A stretch of DNA of 64,000 nucleotides, taken from Bacteriovorax sp. GTDB lineage: Bacteria > Bdellovibrionota > Bacteriovoracia > Bacteriovoracales > Bacteriovoracaceae. The first letter of the stretch is position 1; each line of letters opens with the position of its first letter. Shown here one piece after another: positions 56,867 to 64,000 of this stretch. The notes below the pieces were generated by a model. It worked only from the letters and a program-made list of their open reading frames with translations. It made no database searches and had not been told where the DNA came from. Made by a program: the position numbers and the translations under genes. Location: NCBI GenBank assembly GCA_014377485.1, contig JACMPM010000016.1, forward strand, positions 1,396 through 65,395, written 5' to 3'.

Positions 56867-57223
56867 TTAATCTACAAGTGAGAAGTAGCTCATTTTTGCG
56901 CTGTCACCAACACGTCCATCAGCAATTTTAATAACTCGAGTATAACCACCATTTCTAGTTTTGCATTTTGGTGCAACTTTTGTGAAAAGATTAGTTACAG
57001 CGTCTTTGCTATTTAACTTAGAGTATGCGGTTCTTCTGTTGTGAACTGTATCTTCTTTTGCAAGAGTGATTAGTTTATCAACAAAAGTTCTCAAGGCCAT
57101 ACATCTAGCATGAGTTGTTTTAATTTGTCCGTGCTCAAATACTTCGATTGCTAAGTTTTTAATGATAGCAACTCTGTGAGCTGGCTTAACGCCTAAAGTA
57201 TATTTGTGTTTCCCGTGTCTCAT
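56867..57223 (-). CDS. rplQ: 50S ribosomal protein L17
   Basis: MRHGKHKYTLGVKPAHR N-terminus and operon position. Confidence 0.96.
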   Translation of the reverse strand: MRHGKHKYTLGVKPAHRVAIIKNLAIEVFEHGQIKTTHARCMALRTFVDKLITLAKEDTVHNRRTAYSKLNSKDAVTNLFTKVAPKCKTRNGGYTRVIKIADGRVGDSAKMSYFSLVD

Positions 57224-57245
57224 AATCCCACCTAATAATTAAATC

Positions 57246-58274
57246 TTAGTTCTTACCTAAAGTTTTACCGTCTTGCATATCTTTCATCAAACTATCAACT
57301 TTCATTCCTAAACCAAGACCCATGCTTGTTAGAATTTCTTTGATTTCATTCAAAGACTTTCTACCAAAGTTCTTAGTTCTAAGCATTTCACCTTCTGTTT
57401 TAGAAACAAGTTCGTAAATGTACTTAATGTTAGCATTCTGTAGACAGTTTGCTGAACGAACTGAAAGTTCAAGTTCAGATACTGGCTTAAGAAGCGCATT
57501 GTTCGTAGGAGATGAAACAGCGATTGGTTTAGAATCGTGTTTTACTACTTGTTCTTCATCTTCAAAGGTTAAGAATACTGCTAATTGATCTCTCAAAATT
57601 TTAGCTGCAAAAGCTATAGAGTCAGCTGGATTAATTCCAGAGTTCGTCCATACTTCTAAAGTTAATTTATCAAAGTCAGTTCTCTTACCAACACGAGTGT
57701 TAGTAACAGAATAGTTAACTCTGTATACAGGAGAGAAGAGAGTATCTAAATAAACCCAACCAACAGGAAGGTCATATTCTTCTTTATTGTCTACTGCAGT
57801 TACGTAACCTTTACCTCTCGCAACCTTAAGTTCGATCTTTAAAGATCCACCTGAAGAGATGTTAGCGATAACATGGTTAGGGTTTAGAATTTCTACGTTT
57901 GAATTAGTAACGATATCAGATCCTCTTACAGGACCCTCTCCGCTTTTTTCTAAAACAAGAACAGTGTCTTCTTTACCTGAAATTTTAAATCTAACTTCTT
58001 TTAAGTTAAGAATAATTTCTGAAACTTCTTCTTTAACGTTATTGATAGTACCGAACTCATGCTCAACACCTTCAACCCGTATTGCAACAATTCCCGCTCC
58101 CTGAAGAGAAGAAAGAAGCACTCTACGAAGAGAGTTACCAAGAGTTTGTCCGTATCCTCTCTCAAGAGGCTTAGCTACGAATTTTCCGTAATCATTTCTT
58201 AAACTTTCACTCTCTGCTTCGAGAGCAACTGGTCTAATCATGCTATTCCAGTTTTTAGCTGTAAAATTATCCAT
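57246..58274 (-). CDS. rpoA: DNA-directed RNA polymerase alpha subunit
   Basis: [18 protein letters not shown] block, C-terminal domain ([10 protein letters not shown]), and operon position. Confidence 0.96.
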   Translation of the reverse strand: MDNFTAKNWNSMIRPVALEAESESLRNDYGKFVAKPLERGYGQTLGNSLRRVLLSSLQGAGIVAIRVEGVEHEFGTINNVKEEVSEIILNLKEVRFKISGKEDTVLVLEKSGEGPVRGSDIVTNSNVEILNPNHVIANISSGGSLKIELKVARGKGYVTAVDNKEEYDLPVGWVYLDTLFSPVYRVNYSVTNTRVGKRTDFDKLTLEVWTNSGINPADSIAFAAKILRDQLAVFLTFEDEEQVVKHDSKPIAVSSPTNNALLKPVSELELSVRSANCLQNANIKYIYELVSKTEGEMLRTKNFGRKSLNEIKEILTSMGLGLGMKVDSLMKDMQDGKTLGKN

Positions 58275-58304
58275 TTTAAAGGTCTCCTTAAATAGAAATT
58301 GTAA

Positions 58305-58688
58305 TTAGACTCTTCTTCTCTTTGGTGCTCTACAACCATTGTGTGGAATAGGGCTTCTATCAGAAACAGAAACTATTCTAATTCCAGCTCCAAGAAGAGC
58401 TCTTATCGCGTTTTCTCTTCCTGCACCTGGGCCTTTGACTCTTACTTCAACAGAGTTAAGTCCATGCTCAGAAGCTCTCTTAGCAGCTTCCAAAGAAGCA
58501 GTTTGAGCAGCGAAAGGAGTAGATTTTTTAGATCCTCTAAATCCTAATTGACCAGCACTTGCCCATGCAAGAGCGTTCCCTTGAGGATCAGTGAAAGTTA
58601 CAATTGTATTATTGAACGAGGCTTGAATATGACAAATCCCGTGCGATACGTTCTTTTTTACTTTTTTCTTAACAACTTTTTTTACCAT
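58305..58688 (-). CDS. rpsK: 30S ribosomal protein S11
   Basis: Blocks [15 protein letters not shown] and [13 protein letters not shown]. Confidence 0.96.
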   Translation of the reverse strand: MVKKVVKKKVKKNVSHGICHIQASFNNTIVTFTDPQGNALAWASAGQLGFRGSKKSTPFAAQTASLEAAKRASEHGLNSVEVRVKGPGAGRENAIRALLGAGIRIVSVSDRSPIPHNGCRAPKRRRV

Positions 58689-58707
58689 ACAACTTACCTA
58701 TGATTAT

Positions 58708-59091
58708 TTATTTAAGAGATTTAATTGATTTCTTACCAGCGATTGCAACAGCAGGACCTTTTCTTGTTCTTGCGTTGGTATGCGTTCTTTGTCCTCTAAC
58801 AGGAAGACTTCTTCTATGACGAACGCCTCTATAGCATGCCATATCTTTTAGTCTCTTAATATTTAAACCAATCTCTCTACGAAGATCACCCTCAACGACG
58901 TGTCCTTCTTCAAGATGTTTTCTTATTGTTTGTACTTCTTCTTCAGAAATATCGTTTGAACTTTTTTCTGGACTGATTCCAGACTTAGTTAAAACATCCA
59001 TTGCCACTTTTGGACCTACTCCATAAACTGACTGAAGTGCAATTCTCATTGCTTTATTTCTTGGTATATCTACCCCTAAAATTCTAGCCAT
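58708..59091 (-). CDS. rpsM: 30S ribosomal protein S13
   Basis: [11 protein letters not shown]-terminus. Confidence 0.96.
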   Translation of the reverse strand: MARILGVDIPRNKAMRIALQSVYGVGPKVAMDVLTKSGISPEKSSNDISEEEVQTIRKHLEEGHVVEGDLRREIGLNIKRLKDMACYRGVRHRRSLPVRGQRTHTNARTRKGPAVAIAGKKSIKSLK

Positions 59092-59110
59092 ATAATCCCC
59101 TACCTAAATC

Positions 59111-59227
59111 TTAACCTTGTCTTTGTTTATGTTTTGGACTGCTCTTACATACAACTCTAAGAACGCCTTTACGTTTAATGACCTTACAATCTTTACAAAT
59201 TACTTTCACCGAAGCTCTTACTTTCAT
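59111..59227 (-). CDS. rpmJ: 50S ribosomal protein L36
   Basis: Hand translation gives [38 protein letters not shown] (38 aa). It is not in the ORF track. Confidence 0.93.
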   Translation of the reverse strand: MKVRASVKVICKDCKVIKRKGVLRVVCKSSPKHKQRQG

Positions 59228-59246
59228 AACTCAGACTCCACAACAA

Positions 59247-59465
59247 CTACTTACTTCTGTAAGTTATTCTACCTTTAGTTAAATCATACTTACTTATTTC
59301 AACCAGAACCTTGTCTCCTGGTAAAATTTTAATAAAATGCATTCGCATTTTTCCACTTATGTGAGCAATGATAATATGCCCATTAGGCAACTTCACACGA
59401 AATTTAGTATTAGGTAACAGTTCTGTAACTTCACCTTCAACTTCAATGATATCTTTATCGCTCAT
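59247..59465 (-). CDS. infA: translation initiation factor IF-1
   Basis: 72 aa S1-like protein with the block [14 protein letters not shown]. Confidence 0.95.
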   Translation of the reverse strand: MSDKDIIEVEGEVTELLPNTKFRVKLPNGHIIIAHISGKMRMHFIKILPGDKVLVEISKYDLTKGRITYRSK

Positions 59466-59538
59466 ATTCCCCTAAAACAGGATGTATATCCTAAAATAAT
59501 CCCATAAAGCAAGAGCTATTTAGGCCATTTTTATCTTG

Positions 59539-60177
59539 TTAACTAATAACTGTTTCTAATTCACTAAAGACATCTTTCTCTTGCATAGAGGCGTCAATCT
59601 CTACAAGCACTCCCTTGGATCTGTAAAATGCAAGCATAGGCTCTACGGTTTCGGCAAAAATCTTCAAGCGATTAGCGACAACCTCTCGGTTATCATCTTT
59701 TCTTTGTTTGAGAGTACCAATAGCGCCGCACTTATCGCAAACATCAGCAACTAGAGGAACTTTTGTCGAGAGATTATAAATCTCACCACAACTTCCGCAA
59801 GTTCTTCTGTTTACTACTCGGTCTATTAATATACCGAGATCAATTTTAAAATAAACCGCTAAGGTTTTTCTTCCATGGAGTAACTCTGCATCAAGCATTT
59901 CTGCTTGGGCAATATTGCGTGGGAACCCATCAAAAATATAGCTAACTTTATCAACAGAGCAGTTAGCTTTTAAGAGGGCCATTACAGTATTATCGTCTAC
60001 CAAATCACCTCTGGAAATTATTCCAGAAACTTTTTGGCCAAGTTCAGAACCTTTTGCTATTTCACTTCTTAAAAGATCACCTGTAGATATATGCTTAAAG
60101 CCATTTTCTACTAATCTTGCAGCCTGAGTACCTTTTCCAGAACCAGGTGCTCCAAGGATGATCAAGTGAGGCTTCAT
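59539..60177 (-). CDS. adk: adenylate kinase (Zn-lid type)
   Basis: P-loop GAPGSGKGTQ and lid CGSCG...CDKCG. Confidence 0.95.
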   Translation of the reverse strand: MKPHLIILGAPGSGKGTQAARLVENGFKHISTGDLLRSEIAKGSELGQKVSGIISRGDLVDDNTVMALLKANCSVDKVSYIFDGFPRNIAQAEMLDAELLHGRKTLAVYFKIDLGILIDRVVNRRTCGSCGEIYNLSTKVPLVADVCDKCGAIGTLKQRKDDNREVVANRLKIFAETVEPMLAFYRSKGVLVEIDASMQEKDVFSELETVIS

Positions 60178-60179
60178 TG

Positions 60180-61493
60180 CTAAAACCTTCTATTGGGACC
60201 GTTATATTTTCCTTTACTTTTAAAGGCGGTCTCGTACTTATCTGAATACATAAATGTTTGAACGTTTAACATAACTCTCATAGCAACACTTACCATAATC
60301 AATAACGAAGTTCCTTCAAATCTACTATGGCTACCTGTAATCACAGATGGAAGTATACAAACCACGATCAAAAACAGTGCACCAAAAAATGTTACTCTAT
60401 TTAGTACAAAATCTAAGTACTCTTGCGTTTTAGCCCCTGGACGAATTCCTGGAATAAAAGCATTATTTTTCTGTAGCATTTCAGAAACTTTTTTAGTTTT
60501 AAACTGAATAGGTGCATAGAAAAATGACATATAAAAAATTAAAAATGCGAACAATAAATTAAACAACATTTGCCCAGGCATAAGCGATTGATGGATGACA
60601 TCCACAAACGGCTTAAGCGCACTTGTTTTTGGAACAAAGTTTGCGATCGTTGCAGGTGCAGCCAGCAATGAGCTTGCTAATATCGGAGGCATTACTCCAC
60701 CTGTATCAAGGCGAAGCGGTAAGTTTTGAGCTCCACCATAGACTTTATTATTAACAACTTTTTTTGCATATTGAACTGGAATATTTCTAAAAGAACTTTC
60801 AATAAATGAAACAATATAAAGCGAGAGACAGATTATTATCAGTCCAATGAATAAACTGAAGCCTGAAAGCTCTCCATTTCTAAACAGAGTAACCTTTTGA
60901 AAAAGTTCAGAAGGCAATTCTACAGCAATACCAGTAAAGATAATCAGTGACACTCCATTCTCTAAGCCAAACTCTGTGATTCTTTCTCCAAGCCAAAGTA
61001 GAAACATAGTTCCACCGGCAAGAGTAATCATAGTAGTAAGTCTAAACAACAATCCTGGATCATTTATAACAGGAACACCTGTAGGGCTCTTAAAACTCTC
61101 GAAAACTGCAGCCATTCCATAGCCCTGAACGCAGCATAGGAGAACGGAAGCATATCGTGTCCATTTTTGAATTTTTTTGTAACCCTCACTGTCTTCTTGC
61201 ATCTCTTGGATCTGAGGAACAACCTCACCGAGTAAGCTAAAAATAATTGAAGTAGTAATGTATGGCATGATACCTAAAGCTAGAACAGAGAAACGCTTAA
61301 ACGCTCCACCGCTAAAGGTATTTACGAGATCAAAAATACCACCACCACCAGATTCCGAAAAATAAGATGCGATCGCTGAAGCGTTAACTCCAGGAACTGG
61401 TACTTGTGCTGCTAATCTATAAACTAAAAGGAGTAAAAATGTATAAAAAATTCTCTTTTTTAATTCCTCTATTTTTCCCTGAGTCGTTGACAT
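60180..61493 (-). CDS. secY: preprotein translocase subunit SecY
   Basis: 10-TM protein with typical SecY blocks; operon position. Confidence 0.96.
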   Translation of the reverse strand: MSTTQGKIEELKKRIFYTFLLLLVYRLAAQVPVPGVNASAIASYFSESGGGGIFDLVNTFSGGAFKRFSVLALGIMPYITTSIIFSLLGEVVPQIQEMQEDSEGYKKIQKWTRYASVLLCCVQGYGMAAVFESFKSPTGVPVINDPGLLFRLTTMITLAGGTMFLLWLGERITEFGLENGVSLIIFTGIAVELPSELFQKVTLFRNGELSGFSLFIGLIIICLSLYIVSFIESSFRNIPVQYAKKVVNNKVYGGAQNLPLRLDTGGVMPPILASSLLAAPATIANFVPKTSALKPFVDVIHQSLMPGQMLFNLLFAFLIFYMSFFYAPIQFKTKKVSEMLQKNNAFIPGIRPGAKTQEYLDFVLNRVTFFGALFLIVVCILPSVITGSHSRFEGTSLLIMVSVAMRVMLNVQTFMYSDKYETAFKSKGKYNGPNRRF

Positions 61494-61514
61494 CTAAAGT
61501 CCTTCTTCCTAAAT

Positions 61515-61967
61515 CTACTTTACAGTTCCCGAGCTATTTTTTATTGATTCAAGTGCTTTCTTTGAAAATTTATTTACTTCTTCAAAATTCAAAGATTTTG
61601 TTAGTGGAATACATCCAATTACTTTAATCTTTAACCTTTTATCCGCACCAGACAATAAACCTTTAACTATTAAAGTTTCTCTGTTTACTGTTTCTGACTT
61701 ATTAAATTTTAATTCGATATTTTCAAGAGTAACAACAGCGTATGCTTCTGCAAACCTAGTATTGTTAAATCCTCGCTTTGGTAAGCGCATGTATAGTGGA
61801 AGGTTGTTACCTTCGAAACCACTTCTAACATGTCCACTCTTTCTGGCTTTTTGTCCTTTATGACCTTTACCGGCTTGAGTACCTTGTCCTGAAGCTTGTC
61901 CACGGCCAAGTCTTTTTGTATTTTTATTTGCCCCTTTAGGGCTTTGTAAATTCGTTAAAGTTAACAT
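61515..61967 (-). CDS. rplO: 50S ribosomal protein L15
   Basis: GRGQASGQGTQAGKGHKGQKARSG-type block. Confidence 0.95.
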   Translation of the reverse strand: MLTLTNLQSPKGANKNTKRLGRGQASGQGTQAGKGHKGQKARKSGHVRSGFEGNNLPLYMRLPKRGFNNTRFAEAYAVVTLENIELKFNKSETVNRETLIVKGLLSGADKRLKIKVIGCIPLTKSLNFEEVNKFSKKALESIKNSSGTVK

Positions 61968-62000
61968 AAGTATTCCTTTTAAATTCTAAATCGCTACTAG

Positions 62001-62189
62001 TTATTCTTGAACTTCTAGCATGTGGATTATTTTCTTAATCATTCCTCTTACACTTGGAGTATTTTCCAATTCAGATGATTGACCAATTTTTCTCAAGCCA
62101 AGTCCGCGAACGTTAGCTTTTACTTTTTCAGTAGTACCGTTCATGCTTTTAACAAGTTTTACTGTTATTTTCGATGTTACTTTTGACAT
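62001..62189 (-). CDS. rpmD: 50S ribosomal protein L30
   Basis: 62 aa with the RGLGLRKIGQ block. Confidence 0.93.
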   Translation of the reverse strand: MSKVTSKITVKLVKSMNGTTEKVKANVRGLGLRKIGQSSELENTPSVRGMIKKIIHMLEVQE

Positions 62190-62202
62190 AAATATCCCGT
62201 TA

Positions 62203-62799
62203 TTATTTTTTAAGTCTAATTCCCTTTACGCTTTTCTCTCTGCTCGCAGCAATTTGCTCAACTGATCTTAGCTCTCTTAAGGCTTTAAAAGTTGCTTTTA
62301 CAATATTGTGCGGATTGTTACCACGTAAGGATTTTGTTAAAATATTATGTACACCTGCAAGTTCTAAAATTGAACGACAAGCTCCAGCAGCTTTAACCCC
62401 TGTACCATTTGAAGCCGGCTTGAATAAAATTTTCCCTGCATCAAATTCTCCAAGAATTTCATGAGGAATTGTTCCGCTTTCAAGAGGAACAGTGATCATA
62501 TTTTTATAAGCTTCTTGAGTTGCTTTTCTAATTGCCTCAGGAACTTCTTTGGCTTTACCAAGTCCGTATCCAACCTTACCTTTTTTATCACCAACAATCA
62601 TAAGTGCTGAGAATGAAAATCTTCTACCACCCTTAACAACTTTTGCTACTCTATTTACAGCAACAACACGTTCCTCTAGTTCTCCACCTTGAGTTGGTGC
62701 TTTCTTCTTTGGCGGAGGTGGCCCTTTTCTTCTCGGACCTTTTTTAGTATCGCCCGCATCAGATTCAAACTCTTCAATTACAGAAATTTCTTCAGACAT
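62203..62799 (-). CDS. rpsE: 30S ribosomal protein S5 with an ~35 aa charged, Pro-rich N-terminal extension
   Basis: [19 protein letters not shown] core, preceded by [31 protein letters not shown]. Confidence 0.95.
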   Translation of the reverse strand: MSEEISVIEEFESDAGDTKKGPRRKGPPPPKKKAPTQGGELEERVVAVNRVAKVVKGGRRFSFSALMIVGDKKGKVGYGLGKAKEVPEAIRKATQEAYKNMITVPLESGTIPHEILGEFDAGKILFKPASNGTGVKAAGACRSILELAGVHNILTKSLRGNNPHNIVKATFKALRELRSVEQIAASREKSVKGIRLKK

Positions 62800-62807
62800 A
62801 TGATCTC

Positions 62808-63182
62808 CTAAACCTGTATTCCGCTTTCTCTAATACTTTGAACAAGTGCTGCAATTACACCTGTATACTTATAACCAGCTCTGTCGAATACGGCAGTGGT
62901 TAAGTTCTTTTGTTTCATCATAGTCGCAACCTTTACGCCTACTTTTTTAGCACCTTCAACGTTGCAACTATCAGCGGCAGCATCTTTTCCAAAAGTACTA
63001 ACAGTAAATAAACTTACTGACTTTGTATCATCTATTAATTGAACAGAAATATGTTTGTTTGATTTCATCGCACAAATACGTGGTCTTTCTGTTGTTCCAC
63101 TGATTTTATTTCTGATCGAAAGACGTCTTTTTTGTCTTCTTTGATCTTTTTTATTTTGAATTTTTCCGTATTGCTTTCTCAT
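62808..63182 (-). CDS. rplR: 50S ribosomal protein L18
   Basis: [16 protein letters not shown] block. Confidence 0.95.
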   Translation of the reverse strand: MRKQYGKIQNKKDQRRQKRRLSIRNKISGTTERPRICAMKSNKHISVQLIDDTKSVSLFTVSTFGKDAAADSCNVEGAKKVGVKVATMMKQKNLTTAVFDRAGYKYTGVIAALVQSIRESGIQV

Positions 63183-63184
63183 AA

Positions 63185-63727
63185 TTATTTACCTTTACCA
63201 CCAGCTTTACCAGCTTTTCTAATAATCGTCTCGTCAGTATATCTGATACCTTTACCTTTATATGGTTCAGGCTCTCTGAAAGATCTAACTTTTGCTGCCA
63301 CTTGACCAACCAATTCTTTGTTTGATCCTTCGATGTCGATTACGTTTTTATTAACCTTTGCTGTGATTCCAGCAGGCAAAACATAGTCAATTGTATGAGA
63401 GTACCCTAAACTTAAGTTAAGCGTACTTCCAGCAACAGCTGCCTTGTAACCAACGCCGTTAAACTCTAGAGATTTTACAAATCCAGTACTCACACCAACA
63501 ACCATGTTGTTAATTTGAGTTCTAGCTGTACCCCATTGAGCACGTGCAATTGTTGAATCGTCTTTTGGTTTAACATTGATTACCTTGCCGCTCATTTCAG
63601 CAACAACATTGCTATTTAGCTTCGCTGTAAGTGTGCCTTTAGCACCTGAAACAGTTACAACACCATCAATTATTTTAACTTCAACTTTTTCAGGAATATT
63701 TACAGGTACTTTTCCAATACGTGACAT
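63185..63727 (-). CDS. rplF: 50S ribosomal protein L6
   Basis: MSRIGKVPVNIP N-terminus. Confidence 0.96.
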   Translation of the reverse strand: MSRIGKVPVNIPEKVEVKIIDGVVTVSGAKGTLTAKLNSNVVAEMSGKVINVKPKDDSTIARAQWGTARTQINNMVVGVSTGFVKSLEFNGVGYKAAVAGSTLNLSLGYSHTIDYVLPAGITAKVNKNVIDIEGSNKELVGQVAAKVRSFREPEPYKGKGIRYTDETIIRKAGKAGGKGK

Positions 63728-63741
63728 GACCTAATCTCCTA

Positions 63742-64000
63742 CTACCAAATGTTGCAGAGAACTTCTCCGCCAACTTTATTCTTCTTAGCTTCTCTAGAAG
63801 ACATAACTCCCTTTGAAGTAGACACTATAGAAACACCAAGGCCACTCATTACTCTCGCGAATGAATCGTAGCTATTGTATCTTCTTAAACCAGGTCTAGA
63901 AACGCGGCTTAAACCAACAATTGCACCTTCTTTAAGGGCAACTTTGATTTTGATATCATTAGGTGCTTTTGCAACGATTTTGAAAGACTTAATAAATCCT
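63742..64000 (-). CDS. rpsH: 30S ribosomal protein S8, C-terminal part (runs off the 3' edge)
   Basis: Hand translation ends ...GGEVLCNIW, with stop TAG at 63744-63742. Confidence 0.9.
   Translation of the reverse strand, partial: GFIKSFKIVAKAPNDIKIKVALKEGAIVGLSRVSRPGLRRYNSYDSFARVMSGLGVSIVSTSKGVMSSREAKKNKVGGEVLCNIW

Noticed and set aside
58275-58304. No rpsD between rpsK and rpoA, and no map gene between adk and infA
   Set aside because: Gene order in the alpha/spc region varies between lineages; several phyla keep rpsD elsewhere. It is not evidence of rearrangement without a reference genome.
1-64000. Search for CRISPR arrays, tRNA/rRNA genes, IS elements, integrases, phage or defence genes
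   Set aside because: I saw no regularly spaced direct repeats, no cloverleaf-like GC-rich segments in the intergenic gaps (all short and AT-rich), and no transposase, integrase, nuclease or helicase-like ORFs.

Overview
AT-rich bacterial chromosomal segment, by eye about one third GC. It looks like a low-GC Gram-negative, possibly Bdellovibrionota or Oligoflexia-like, but I cannot verify taxonomy. I saw no rRNA, tRNA, CRISPR array, transposase or integrase. Right end (56.8-64 kb, minus strand): conserved ribosomal spc/alpha region rpsH-rplF-rplR-rpsE-rpmD-rplO-secY-adk-infA-rpmJ-rpsM-rpsK-rpoA-rplQ. 46-56 kb: propionyl-CoA to succinyl-CoA genes (pccB, biotin carboxylase, BCCP-like, methylmalonyl-CoA mutase, meaB) next to a sigma-54 enhancer-binding protein. 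14-46 kb: envelope and lipid modification genes. These include two inverted paralogous modules of a GT-C-like membrane protein plus a sulfatase-like enzyme, a set of B12-radical SAM, YdjC deacetylase, glycosyltransferase and methyltransferases, a Dlt-like ligase/carrier/MBOAT set, and a small acyl-AMP ligase/KS/ACP/KR set beside a divergent MBOAT-like protein. Most interesting is 0-14 kb: two tightly packed convergent operons. They contain an ORF-track-invisible 56-aa peptide gene (13139-13309, minus) that ends in SNSSYGGGY and stops 3 nt before a PqqD-like chaperone gene. Also present are an AspH-like oxygenase, two large GT-B glycosyltransferases, two radical SAM enzymes plus a stand-alone SPASM-like ORF, an ABC-2/Wzt-type exporter and a flanking M16 peptidase. 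I read this as a candidate undescribed glycosylated RiPP or peptide-derived cofactor pathway. All functional calls rest on motifs read by eye and need HMM or BLAST confirmation.
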